IMG/VR virus record: IMGVR_UViG_3300022862_000263
Source: a virus
Taxonomy: Duplodnaviria > Heunggongvirae > Uroviricota > Caudoviricetes
Direction: 5' to 3' (one strand)
Length of the DNA: 22,529 nucleotides
Numbering within the stretch: the stretch's first letter is position 1; each line of letters opens with the position of its first letter. The notes under the pieces are model-generated. The model saw nothing but the letters and a program-made list of their open reading frames with translations. It had not been told where the DNA came from and did not search any database. This document shows positions 1 to 7,945 of the stretch, piece after piece. The position numbers were made by a program, and so were the translations under genes.

Positions 1-714
1 ATGAAGAAAAAGCTCAGGATAGACGCGCCGCCCCATATCGACCTTTCATCAACCAAGGCTGTTGGCAAGAATGGCAAACCACTCCTGCTGTTCAGAGGCG
101 AGTATGGTTCTACTCATGGAAACCCCCAGGAATTTCAGTCTGCCTTAGGTTCTGTCAGCTTTGGTAACGTCAAGATCGCGAATATCTACACGAATTGCGA
201 GTATCGGTATGGCCAGGCCTTGATGCCAAGAATCTACCCAGTTTTTTTGGACATCCAGAATCCTGTGGTGAATTGGGAAGATTGCTTCATTGAGTATCCA
301 CAGCTGGTTGCGGCTGTCGGGGAGGAGTGGACGGTCAAGCTTCTCATAAGGTATGAAGATCATGTCTACAACACAGACAACTGGCGGCGAATCAACAGCC
401 CTGTGAAGTATGACAACGTGGAATCGCTGGCTAAAAATGCACCGCATTTGCTCGAGGAAATCTACCTCGACATCTACCCCATCCTGGATGACCCTGATTT
501 TGTGAGGGAGGCTAAGAGCCGTGGTTTTGACGGGGCGATTTACAATGGCACCGGTGAAAACGCGATGACTCAGGAGTACCGCATCTTCGATCAGAGCCAG
601 GCGATCTTTGCCCTAACGGGAGAGCGTGCAGCACCTGACCTGCGCAAGGCGGTGGAGCTGACGAGAATGAAGCCTAGAGTTATCGTTGAGGATGACCTCG
701 CTACTAGCATATAG
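1..714 (+). CDS. ART-PolyVal-like putative ADP-ribosyltransferase (stand-alone)
   Basis: Motif order matches ART-PolyVal-type domains: TKAVGKNGKPLLLFRGE (R32), GSVSF (S51/S53), ANIY, IYPVFLDIQNP, GFDGAI, QEYRIFDQSQ (E192). The ORF starts at base 1, so no upstream context is visible. Confidence 0.65.
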   Translation: MKKKLRIDAPPHIDLSSTKAVGKNGKPLLLFRGEYGSTHGNPQEFQSALGSVSFGNVKIANIYTNCEYRYGQALMPRIYPVFLDIQNPVVNWEDCFIEYPQLVAAVGEEWTVKLLIRYEDHVYNTDNWRRINSPVKYDNVESLAKNAPHLLEEIYLDIYPILDDPDFVREAKSRGFDGAIYNGTGENAMTQEYRIFDQSQAIFALTGERAAPDLRKAVELTRMKPRVIVEDDLATSI

Positions 715-726
715 GCGAGCTTGCAG

Positions 727-755
727 AAAAAAGGCGCCTTACAGGCGCCTTTTTC
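727..755. terminator. Bidirectional rho-independent terminator
   Basis: AAAAAGGCGCCT-TAC-AGGCGCCTTTTT perfect hairpin with A and T tails, between the convergent genes 1..714 and 768..2156. Confidence 0.9.
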
Positions 756-767
756 ATGGGTGGCGAG

Positions 768-2156
768 TTACATGTGAGCTTCTGCGTACTCAGCCAGGAT
801 AGAACGAGGAACGCCCTGCAGGGTGAGGTGCGTACCATGCTCAAAGCCCTTGAAGCGCTCGGTCAGGTAGGTCAAGCCAGAGCTGGTTGCGGACAGGTAA
901 GGTGTGTCGATCTGCGCCAGGTTGCCCAGGCACACCACCTTCGAGCCATTGCCGGCGCGAGTGATGATGGTCTTCATCTGGTGCGGGGTAAGGTTCTGAC
1001 ACTCGTCAACAATGATCAGCGATTGCTGGAAGCTGCGACCACGCATGAAGTTCAGGGATTTGAACTGCAGGGGAATGCGCTCCAGGATGTATTCAATACT
1101 ACCCTTGGTTGACTCATCGTCGCTGTGCAGCGCTTCTAGGTTGTCGATGATTGCTCCCAACCACGGCTCCATCTTCTCTGCCTCAGTACCAGGCAGGAAG
1201 CCGATGTCCTCATCGAGGCCTTGTGTGCTTCGTGTCACTATGATGCGGCTGTATCGCTTTGTCGACATTGTCTGTTCGATGGCAGCAGCCAGCGCCAGGA
1301 TGGTTTTGCCGGAGCCAGCTGCACCAGCCAGGTTGACGAGGTGAATCTCTGGATCCAGTAATCCTTTGAGGGCGAGGGCTTGGTAGATGTCGCGTGGTCG
1401 CAACCCCCAAGCTTCCTGTCCCATCAGGGCCTCTTTTGAAAGCTCCACAATCACAAGGTGCTTTCCATCGACTTCTTTGGCCCAGAACACCTTACCGTCA
1501 GCATCGATGATGAACTCGTTCACCGATAGGCCGAGAATTGGCGCTTTTAGCTCGACGGTGTGCCACGTACTACGATTCCGATCAGCGCGGCTTTCGACCT
1601 TTTTCACTTGATCCCACAAGCTGCCATCAACGTGATGGAAGCCGCGAGAGAGCAGATCGATGTCATCAATCAATTGGTCTGAAATATAATCCTCAGCATC
1701 CAGCCCAATGGCACGCGCTTTGAGGCGCATGTTGATGTCTTTGGTTACGAGGACAACGCGTCTGCCGTTACCTTTGAGCGATAGCGCCTGGTTGATGATC
1801 TTGTTGTCATTCAGGCTGGTGGGCAGGACGTTATCAATCTCGCGAACATCAGCCAAGATGAGCAATTTGCCCATGTCTTTGCCCTTACCGCGAGTAATCG
1901 GTACGCCGGCGTCAACTTCTGTCGGAGAGGCGTCACCCAGAAGCTTATCGATCAGTCGAATTGCCTGGCGACACTCCGTTGCCACGTTGTGCTTGCCCGT
2001 CTTCAGTTTGTCGAGTTCTTCCAGCACGGTCATGGGCAGTGCCACGTAGTGTTCATGGAAGTTCAGCAGGGCGTTGGGGTCGTGGATGAGGACGTTGGTG
2101 TCGAGCACGTAGTGGATCGGGGAGGGGGATGCGGCAGAGGTTTTGCTATCAACCAT
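768..2156 (-). CDS. phoH: PhoH2/YlaK-type PIN-PhoH protein (PIN RNase fused to PhoH ATPase/RNA helicase)
   Basis: N-terminal PIN motifs YVLDTNVLIHDP, LEELD, NDN, VTKD. C-terminal PhoH motifs GAAGSGKT, RGRSF, IVDECQNLT, GNLAQIDTPYL, RSILAEYA. All appear intact. Confidence 0.92.
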   Translation of the reverse strand: MVDSKTSAASPSPIHYVLDTNVLIHDPNALLNFHEHYVALPMTVLEELDKLKTGKHNVATECRQAIRLIDKLLGDASPTEVDAGVPITRGKGKDMGKLLILADVREIDNVLPTSLNDNKIINQALSLKGNGRRVVLVTKDINMRLKARAIGLDAEDYISDQLIDDIDLLSRGFHHVDGSLWDQVKKVESRADRNRSTWHTVELKAPILGLSVNEFIIDADGKVFWAKEVDGKHLVIVELSKEALMGQEAWGLRPRDIYQALALKGLLDPEIHLVNLAGAAGSGKTILALAAAIEQTMSTKRYSRIIVTRSTQGLDEDIGFLPGTEAEKMEPWLGAIIDNLEALHSDDESTKGSIEYILERIPLQFKSLNFMRGRSFQQSLIIVDECQNLTPHQMKTIITRAGNGSKVVCLGNLAQIDTPYLSATSSGLTYLTERFKGFEHGTHLTLQGVPRSILAEYAEAHM

Positions 2157-2294
2157 GTGAGACGTTCCTGTTTTTGTGGCTCCCTTCGCCAGGCTGGCGC
2201 AGGAGTCACTTATAATTGGAATATTTCAAACGCCATGTAGCCGGCACCTTTCATGTTGCGCCTTTCGCCGAGAAAAGAAAATAGGCATCAATTG

Positions 2295-2645
2295 TCAGTA
2301 TAGGTATGGGCACAGCGTCAAGGTGCAGTCGAGGATTGGATCGTCAGTAATACCGCCCTGAAGGTGATATCCCCATCCCAGAACTATGGCAATGAAGATG
2401 GTAGAGAAGTCCTGAAAGATCTCAAACAATGGGGTTTTGCGCGATTTTCGCTTCACATTTATTGCAAATCTTAGTGAAAAGTAGAGGTGGCCAAGGGTAA
2501 CAATTGCAACGCCAACCATGACTGGCCAGTAGAGTCGGTCGTACCATGACCCGTCTACCAAACAGATTGTGAATATCAAGGTAAGGCAGGTGCTCCACAC
2601 AACCGTCCGTGATGCGAAAATACGATCTTTAGATGTGTCGATCAT
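2295..2645 (-). CDS. Hypothetical membrane protein (about 3 TM segments)
   Basis: 116-aa ORF from ATG at 2645 (the ORF track extends it to 2765). Three hydrophobic stretches and a basic loop (KRKSRK). Confidence 0.55.
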   Translation of the reverse strand: MIDTSKDRIFASRTVVWSTCLTLIFTICLVDGSWYDRLYWPVMVGVAIVTLGHLYFSLRFAINVKRKSRKTPLFEIFQDFSTIFIAIVLGWGYHLQGGITDDPILDCTLTLCPYLY

Positions 2646-2687
2646 GCTGCGCCCTTTGCGAAGGTTTGGTGGTGTATTCGTCAATTC

Positions 2688-2715
2688 TTGACAATTGTTG
2701 CATTGCCGACATAAT
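2688..2715 (+). promoter_or_regulatory. Putative sigma70 promoter for the 2758-5226 operon
   Basis: TTGACA (2688-2693), 16-nt spacer, CATAAT (2710-2715). Confidence 0.6.
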
Positions 2716-2757
2716 CGTGCAGCAATTTTCATCCATACACCCTGGAGCTTTCCCCGA

Positions 2758-3222
2758 ATGGCCATGCTTTCACCAATGGATTTTCTTGCTCAAAGCGATG
2801 CAGAGCTTGCGGTAAAAACGGACGCAGCAGGCCGAAAGGTACGCATGAAGGCTGAGCTGACTAGGTTGGGCAAGATCTCGAATGACGGCATCATTCAGGC
2901 TGCCTGCTTACACGTTGGAGCCTTGAGTGGAATCTATCTTGAGTCCGGTCAGCTCCAGGAAATCCTGGCCCTATATCCGGCAGAAAAGGCTCGCTTGGTG
3001 CGGTACACCTCGAGCGATATCGCCCATGCCGAGCTGGCCACCAAAGGGCAGGGCACCGCGAGCTCATATCTGGTTGCGAACGTCGTGGCTCATTTCTTCG
3101 GGAACACCCAGTGGCCAGAGCCGGGTAGCGACATAGATCGCCAGGCCTTCGCCAAGCGCCTCCGCCGAGCGGCTCATCTGCAGGGCTATACCATTACTCC
3201 ACCATTGGCGCATGCGGTGTGA
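2758..3222 (+). CDS. Hypothetical protein
   Basis: GGAG at 2744-2747 before ATG 2758. The stop overlaps the next start, indicating translational coupling. Confidence 0.7.
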   Translation: MAMLSPMDFLAQSDAELAVKTDAAGRKVRMKAELTRLGKISNDGIIQAACLHVGALSGIYLESGQLQEILALYPAEKARLVRYTSSDIAHAELATKGQGTASSYLVANVVAHFFGNTQWPEPGSDIDRQAFAKRLRRAAHLQGYTITPPLAHAV

Positions 3223-3440
3223 CCGACAGGGCGCTGCAACATCGGGTAAAAACCTGGAACAAGGATATCCCGCCAGGTAGCGAGGTGGAGCATCGTAGCT
3301 ACCCTTCAGCGCCGATGCGAAAGTTCAAAACTGAGACCTACGCTTACCTGATGGGTGGCCACACCCCTGTGGTCAAATTGGAAGGGCGCGGAGAGGTTCT
3401 GTTGTCGACCTGTCGTCGCGTCAAGGCGACCTCAGGGTGA
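3219..3440 (+). CDS. Small phage/plasmid-type hypothetical protein
   Basis: Coupled GTGA overlaps at both ends. The WNKDIPPGSEV...GGHTPVVKLEG pattern is typical of small SH3-like phage proteins. Confidence 0.7.
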   Translation: MTDRALQHRVKTWNKDIPPGSEVEHRSYPSAPMRKFKTETYAYLMGGHTPVVKLEGRGEVLLSTCRRVKATSG

Positions 3441-4051
3441 GCCTCAAAGCAGCGATATTGGCGACGATTTCGTGCGCTGCTGAAGGGGAGGTGTTTTCTG
3501 CGGATGACTTCCAGCAGAACCCCTCCCGCTCTGCCATTTCTTCCGCATTAACTGCGCTGTGCCGCGAGCGGTATCTGCTACGCATTGATCGGGGGTTGTA
3601 CGTCCGCCTGCTTACGGCTAGCTCTGGCTGTAGGGCGCCAGCAGTCGACTCCGTCCTGCAATCGCTGATGAGACGCACCGGTGAGCAGATAGTGTTCACT
3701 GGCGGTGCGGCTGCCCATCGCTTAGGTCTTACCAACCAGGTACCCGCCATAGAGATCAGGCTGACGTCAGGTGTTAGTAGGGTTATCGCTCTCGGCAAAC
3801 TTGAAATTCAACTGAGGCGTGTCGAAAGCCCTTGGCAACTGGTTCTTGGCGATTGCCTGGCTGGTGATGCTGCGAGGGCTCTAGGCTGGCTTGGGCCTGA
3901 GTCGATGACCTACGGACTGACCGCGTTGAAAAGTAGACTTCCTCCAGACCAGTGGGATGCTTTTGTTCAGCATGGTGATGACTTCCCAGCTTGGATGGGG
4001 GCGGCGCTGGAACGCTTCCTTGGTGGCTTTCTTACCGGGTACGATATGTAG
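3437..4051 (+). CDS. DUF6088-family / AbiEi-like (type IV TA antitoxin-like) winged-helix protein
   Basis: GEVFSADDF...SRSAISSALTAL...LLRIDRGLYVR (wHTH), followed by GGAAAHRLGLTNQVP...LTSGVSRVIALGKLEIQLRR. Confidence 0.8.
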   Translation: MSLKAAILATISCAAEGEVFSADDFQQNPSRSAISSALTALCRERYLLRIDRGLYVRLLTASSGCRAPAVDSVLQSLMRRTGEQIVFTGGAAAHRLGLTNQVPAIEIRLTSGVSRVIALGKLEIQLRRVESPWQLVLGDCLAGDAARALGWLGPESMTYGLTALKSRLPPDQWDAFVQHGDDFPAWMGAALERFLGGFLTGYDM

Positions 4052-4078
4052 AGAACTACCTATCAAGGCGACGCTCAG

Positions 4079-4789
4079 ATGCCCACTCAAAACCTCCTAA
4101 GATTTGCCACCATGTGCGACACCCTACGCTGTGACTCTGAGGGGGAGGCGGTTTGGCAAACGCTGATGGCAAAGGCTGAGCGAATTCCGATTGAGCAATT
4201 TGGAGCCATCGGCAATCTCAATGACATCCTTGAGGATGGTGAGACCCTTGATGACTACATTGCCGTTGACGATTGGGCCGGCGCATACCTGGTCGAAGGC
4301 CCTGAGCGAATTGCCTTCCTTCAACGAGCCGGCTTCGAATGGTTTTTTACCGTAGACGGCAAGCCGCCAACGCTCGCGCAGCCGGTTGATGAATACGCAT
4401 ACGAAGTCATGGTGGAGCCGCTCTGCAGGGTTTTACTCAAGCCTAATGATGCTCGTATCTGCGGATCTTTCGGCTATGAAGGTGAAATCGAAGAAATCGA
4501 CCAAGACTTGGACTGCGTGATCGGCGATGCGCCAAGGTTCCGTTTGCATCGTGATGGTGTCGTGGTGGCTGGTATGCGGGTGGAAAACGGAGTCGTGGAA
4601 GCTATCTATGTGGCTCGAGAACTCCGCAGAGAAGGTCTTGCCACTGAACTCTACAATCGAGTTGAGGCTATCCTTGGTGACCTTGAACTCTCTAGTGTTC
4701 TGACTGATGATGGTAAGGCGTTCAGAAACAGCCTCACTGAACCCGAACCTATGGATCATGAGCCTGACGAAGAGGGGCCGTCACCATGA
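4079..4789 (+). CDS. Hypothetical protein with C-terminal GNAT acetyltransferase domain
   Basis: IYVARELRREGLATELY (acetyl-CoA binding R-x-x-G-x-A motif) and LTDDGKAF. Acidic tail ending DEEGPSP. Confidence 0.7.
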   Translation: MPTQNLLRFATMCDTLRCDSEGEAVWQTLMAKAERIPIEQFGAIGNLNDILEDGETLDDYIAVDDWAGAYLVEGPERIAFLQRAGFEWFFTVDGKPPTLAQPVDEYAYEVMVEPLCRVLLKPNDARICGSFGYEGEIEEIDQDLDCVIGDAPRFRLHRDGVVVAGMRVENGVVEAIYVARELRREGLATELYNRVEAILGDLELSSVLTDDGKAFRNSLTEPEPMDHEPDEEGPSP

Positions 4790-5226
4790 AAGAGGGGAAG
4801 ACTTCATCGGTTTCTCCCGGCGCCAGCGTTGAGCACTTGTATACCCAAAGCGAGCTTGAGCAGATGGATACAGACGAGCTGGATGCAATCGCATTCGGCT
4901 GCCGCAGTGGTGAGGTGAAGACGCTAAAACCATCGGCGATTCGGATCAAGTACCCTTGCGACCTGGAGAACCCTCAGCACAGATTCGAGCAGGAGGGTAT
5001 GGCCTGGGTGAGATCGGTCTCTCTCGATGACCCTGTGAGCGTGTCTGTCGACGACAACGGGGTGTTCTGGCTGGAGGATGGTCATCACCGCTGGTTTGCC
5101 GCTGCGAAGCTTGGGGTAAAGCTGCAGGCGCAAATGGAGATAAAGGGAAACCCAGTGCGAGCGATTATGGTTCGGCAGGAAGCTTCGATATCTAAAATTC
5201 CCGAGTATTGTGTTAGGGAAATATAA
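4786..5226 (+). CDS. ParB/Sulfiredoxin-like domain protein
   Basis: DPVSV...FWLEDGHHRWFAAAKLG (DGHHR motif). ATGA overlap with the GNAT gene. Confidence 0.75.
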   Translation: MKEGKTSSVSPGASVEHLYTQSELEQMDTDELDAIAFGCRSGEVKTLKPSAIRIKYPCDLENPQHRFEQEGMAWVRSVSLDDPVSVSVDDNGVFWLEDGHHRWFAAAKLGVKLQAQMEIKGNPVRAIMVRQEASISKIPEYCVREI

Positions 5227-5250
5227 TTAGTTAATTTTTTGGGCGCAAAT

Positions 5251-5556
5251 GTGAAGAAATCCAAAAGTAAGTACAGTTTTGAGATTGCTGTAAATTATTC
5301 GACGGAAATTGGATTTATCTACAAGTGCATTAATGAGGCCGATTGGGAGTACAGGGAGAAAGTTCGTAGTCGACTGCAGCAAAGATCAATAGAGGTAAGT
5401 AGAGATTTCTGCGTTGTTGTACTTGTTAATCAGTATCTACTTGCAAGAGACCATGATACTATTGTGATATCTGGAAAAGATCAGAAAAGTGTACAACTTG
5501 CTGGGGAGGCTATGGCGAAAGCAATTTTCTCACATAAGTATGTGGAACCTGTGTAA
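5251..5556 (+). CDS. Hypothetical protein (AT-rich)
   Basis: Open frame. GTG 5251 is the likely start (the track uses TTG 5239). Visibly more AT-rich than its neighbours. Confidence 0.55.
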   Translation: MKKSKSKYSFEIAVNYSTEIGFIYKCINEADWEYREKVRSRLQQRSIEVSRDFCVVVLVNQYLLARDHDTIVISGKDQKSVQLAGEAMAKAIFSHKYVEPV

Positions 5557-5612
5557 ATTGCTCCAGCACGGAGTATTGCTGAATTCTGTAGAGGCTGCTT
5601 TGGGGAGGTATT

Positions 5613-6179
5613 TTGAAAACCAAGTTAATGCGTGAGAAGGGCCGCATTTCTCTTGTAATCGACCATGGATCTGACAAAACCAAAGAGAAGATGGTTTTGG
5701 CCGCTATGACCCTGTTTGAAGGTACGGACTGCTGGGACGTAATTGACATACGCCTGGAAGACCATCCCGCTGCCAATCCATGGTCAGGCTCTGGTTCCGG
5801 TGATGATTTCTATTCTACCTACAGGCCTGAGACACCAGAGGAGGCCGAGTACCTGAGGTCTGTTCTGAGAGAGTATGAAGAGCTCAAAGATGGCAGCTTC
5901 CGGTGGTGCACCTTCAGGGGCATTGTTAGGGGTGAGTGCGAGATAAACGGCTACGCTCCAGCCTGGTATCAAGAGTTTAAGAGACCGGTGTTTCATAGCT
6001 TTAGAAATGGTCTAACGCACCTTAAGGAAATCCAGGCTTTCTGGGAGTCCTATAATGGATCGATCAGAGACAGTAAAATCAAAAATCCCTACCGCCAAGC
6101 GACCGAGACGGACATTCAATTTGGCATCAGTTCCAAATTTGGAAGGCTGGCGGGCTTAGGCCTATCCATTGACATTTAG
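5613..6179 (+). CDS. Hypothetical protein
   Basis: Strong RBS GGGGAGG just before TTG 5613. 188 aa. Confidence 0.7.
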   Translation: MKTKLMREKGRISLVIDHGSDKTKEKMVLAAMTLFEGTDCWDVIDIRLEDHPAANPWSGSGSGDDFYSTYRPETPEEAEYLRSVLREYEELKDGSFRWCTFRGIVRGECEINGYAPAWYQEFKRPVFHSFRNGLTHLKEIQAFWESYNGSIRDSKIKNPYRQATETDIQFGISSKFGRLAGLGLSIDI

Positions 6180-6194
6180 CAAGGAAGATACTCA

Positions 6195-6572
6195 ATGCTT
6201 CGCGATGAAATTCGAGAAATCGATAGACGTCACACCCCATTCCATGAAAAACGCTTGGCGCAGGCCATGGCCCAGTCCTATGACAAGCCGGTGACCGCAT
6301 TCTTGAGTGATGTATTCATTCTCACGGACTCCGCTGTCGGGACTACATTTGGACACGTGAGAAAGACTGGCGTGGGGCGGTTTGAGGATGGTCACCGAAT
6401 TCACACGTCATACATTTTGGATGCAATCAAGGTTGGCAGGTTCTGGGTGCTGACAACTCTAAATAGCACTTACGTCGTGACGTCGATCAAGCCTGGTGCT
6501 GGAAGGCAAAGCTTCAGGAAGTTGTTGCAGCGATTGAAAGATGGTCGTGAGCTTCCGGTAACACTGCATTGA
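6195..6572 (+). CDS. Phage/plasmid-type hypothetical protein
   Basis: AAGGAAG RBS. The GRFEDGHRIHTS...TLNSTY pattern is common in phage and Pseudomonas hypothetical proteins. Confidence 0.72.
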   Translation: MLRDEIREIDRRHTPFHEKRLAQAMAQSYDKPVTAFLSDVFILTDSAVGTTFGHVRKTGVGRFEDGHRIHTSYILDAIKVGRFWVLTTLNSTYVVTSIKPGAGRQSFRKLLQRLKDGRELPVTLH

Positions 6573-6583
6573 TCGGCGGATTT

Positions 6584-6616
6584 AGCCTGTGCCGAGCATG
6601 ATGCCGGCACAGGGCT
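6584..6616. terminator. GC-rich hairpin at a convergent junction
   Basis: CCTGTGCCG (6586-6594) pairs with CGGCACAGG (6605-6613), with an inner GCAT/ATGC stem. Confidence 0.6.
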
Positions 6617-6665
6617 GCGTCCAAAGAGCCGTATTCAGATTTTTGTGTTGAGGCATGAGGCTTTC

Positions 6666-6881
6666 CTAGCTCTTAGCTTCTGCTAGCTTGGACTGCATGA
6701 CTTCATAGGTATTTTCCCATGCCTCCCAAGCCTCACGCTGGGTCTTCATGGGGTGGCCTTCAATGCGGTTCAGCAGTCCATGATCGTTTGAGCACTTGGC
6801 CATCCAGTATCGGCTACCATAGCGTGCCATGATCGGCTCGCTTCCACAGCGTGGGCAGGGTGTTTTGTTTGTAGTGGTCAC
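6666..6881 (-). CDS. Lar-like (restriction alleviation family) zinc-ribbon protein
   Basis: KTPCPRCGSEP...WMAKCSNDH...KTQREAWEAWEN resembles the Lar CPxCG...C...AxxAWN pattern. GTG 6881 follows AAGGAAG. The second Cys pair is CxxxH rather than CxxC. Confidence 0.55.
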   Translation of the reverse strand: MTTTNKTPCPRCGSEPIMARYGSRYWMAKCSNDHGLLNRIEGHPMKTQREAWEAWENTYEVMQSKLAEAKS

Positions 6882-7047
6882 AATGTCTTCCTTTTGATCC
6901 GTTGCCTTGTGGTCGTCGGTGCGCCTAAGTATTCTGGCCATGGCTTACAATGGGCTTCAATATACAACATTTGATTATAAATTGCCATCATAATGGGTCA
7001 TGAAGTACAATGGGCTAGTTGGCTTTCTTAAATCTTGGAGAACAAGA

Positions 7048-7419
7048 ATGCACCAGTCCACATCATTGACCCCCATCGCCGCTCAACTGCTGGAGCTGTT
7101 CAAAACTCGCAAAGTCGCAGAGCCAGAGTGGACTATCCTCGACCTCAATGAGCAAAATCCGCCTGCTGATGTTCAGGCATTCCTCGACGCCATGAATCAG
7201 ACTGGTGGTATATCGCTTGAGGATTTGGCTGACGACCTCGTCTTCTTCGCATTCGTGGTACCAGGTATCTTGCCGGGTTCCCAGCGCAGAATGCGATTCT
7301 TTCAGGCCTCAGATTTTTCAGAGGCCGACAATGGTTTGCTGAAGGTTATTTTCTCCGGATCCTACCTGGAGTACTTAGCAGAGCAGGAATCATCCGACGA
7401 ACCCGGCCAGCAGCCTTAG
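7048..7419 (+). CDS. Hypothetical acidic protein
   Basis: GGAG at 7037-7040 before ATG 7048. Divergent from the Lar-like gene. Confidence 0.7.
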   Translation: MHQSTSLTPIAAQLLELFKTRKVAEPEWTILDLNEQNPPADVQAFLDAMNQTGGISLEDLADDLVFFAFVVPGILPGSQRRMRFFQASDFSEADNGLLKVIFSGSYLEYLAEQESSDEPGQQP

Positions 7420-7429
7420 GCCATCGGTC

Positions 7430-7455
7430 AGCCTGTGCCGAAGGCTAGGCACAGG
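7430..7455. terminator. GC-rich hairpin at a convergent junction
   Basis: CCTGTGCC (7432-7439), loop GAAGGCTA, GGCACAGG (7448-7455). Same stem as 6584-6616. Confidence 0.6.
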
Positions 7456-7470
7456 ATCGATGCAACGCAC

Positions 7471-7830
7471 TTAAGTTGCTGTGTCGGCAGCTGGTGGTAC
7501 CGGGATGCCAGTGATGCTGGCGCCAGCGTGGCCCTGATTGAACAGATCGAAGTAGGCCTCGACTTCAGGCCGCACCTCATCTGTTCCTCGATTCAGCAGA
7601 GCTTTGATGAGGTCTTCCGCTTTCGCCAGCCTGGCGCTCAGTTCGCGATTTTTTCTCAAATCCAGCAAGCAGGATTCTTGAAGGTTTTCTAGCTGGTGCC
7701 TCATTCGCTCAACAGCTGGCGCATCGTGGTGCTTGAACAGCTCCTCGAGCCACGAGGAGCAGGACTCGCCGAGGTACTTTTTCCAGTCCTCTGCAGTATC
7801 ACTGTCAGAAGAAGGGCCTACCTTCGCCAT
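7471..7830 (-). CDS. Hypothetical coiled-coil protein, possibly the 3' part of a frameshifted gene starting at 7945
   Basis: 119-aa ORF with heptad-like LENLQ...LSARLAKAEDL. Its start overlaps an upstream 46-aa ORF in another frame. Confidence 0.55.
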   Translation of the reverse strand: MAKVGPSSDSDTAEDWKKYLGESCSSWLEELFKHHDAPAVERMRHQLENLQESCLLDLRKNRELSARLAKAEDLIKALLNRGTDEVRPEVEAYFDLFNQGHAGASITGIPVPPAADTAT

Positions 7831-7945
7831 CGAACATCCGCCATGCGGTGGATTCTGGTTTGAAGTTCAATGCAGGCTCTTGGATATTCGACCTGCTGTG
7901 ACACTCGACGCAAAAATTACGATTGTGGATGCACTTATCGACCAT
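7805..7945 (-). CDS. 46-aa ORF with a CxH...CxxC zinc-binding motif (absent from the ORF track)
   Basis: Manual translation: MVDKCIHNRNFCVECHSRSNIQEPALNFKPESTAWRMFDGEGRPFF*. The ATG overlaps the end of the upstream gene. Confidence 0.5.
   Translation of the reverse strand: MVDKCIHNRNFCVECHSRSNIQEPALNFKPESTAWRMFDGEGRPFF

Noticed and set aside
756-2240. Plus-strand ORFs overlapping phoH (756..1112, 1012..1344, 1387..1611, 1708..2049 and others)
   Set aside because: Antisense shadows of a well-supported gene. The same applies to 14111..14581, 15257..15847, 17134..17574, 18689..19234 and similar track entries.
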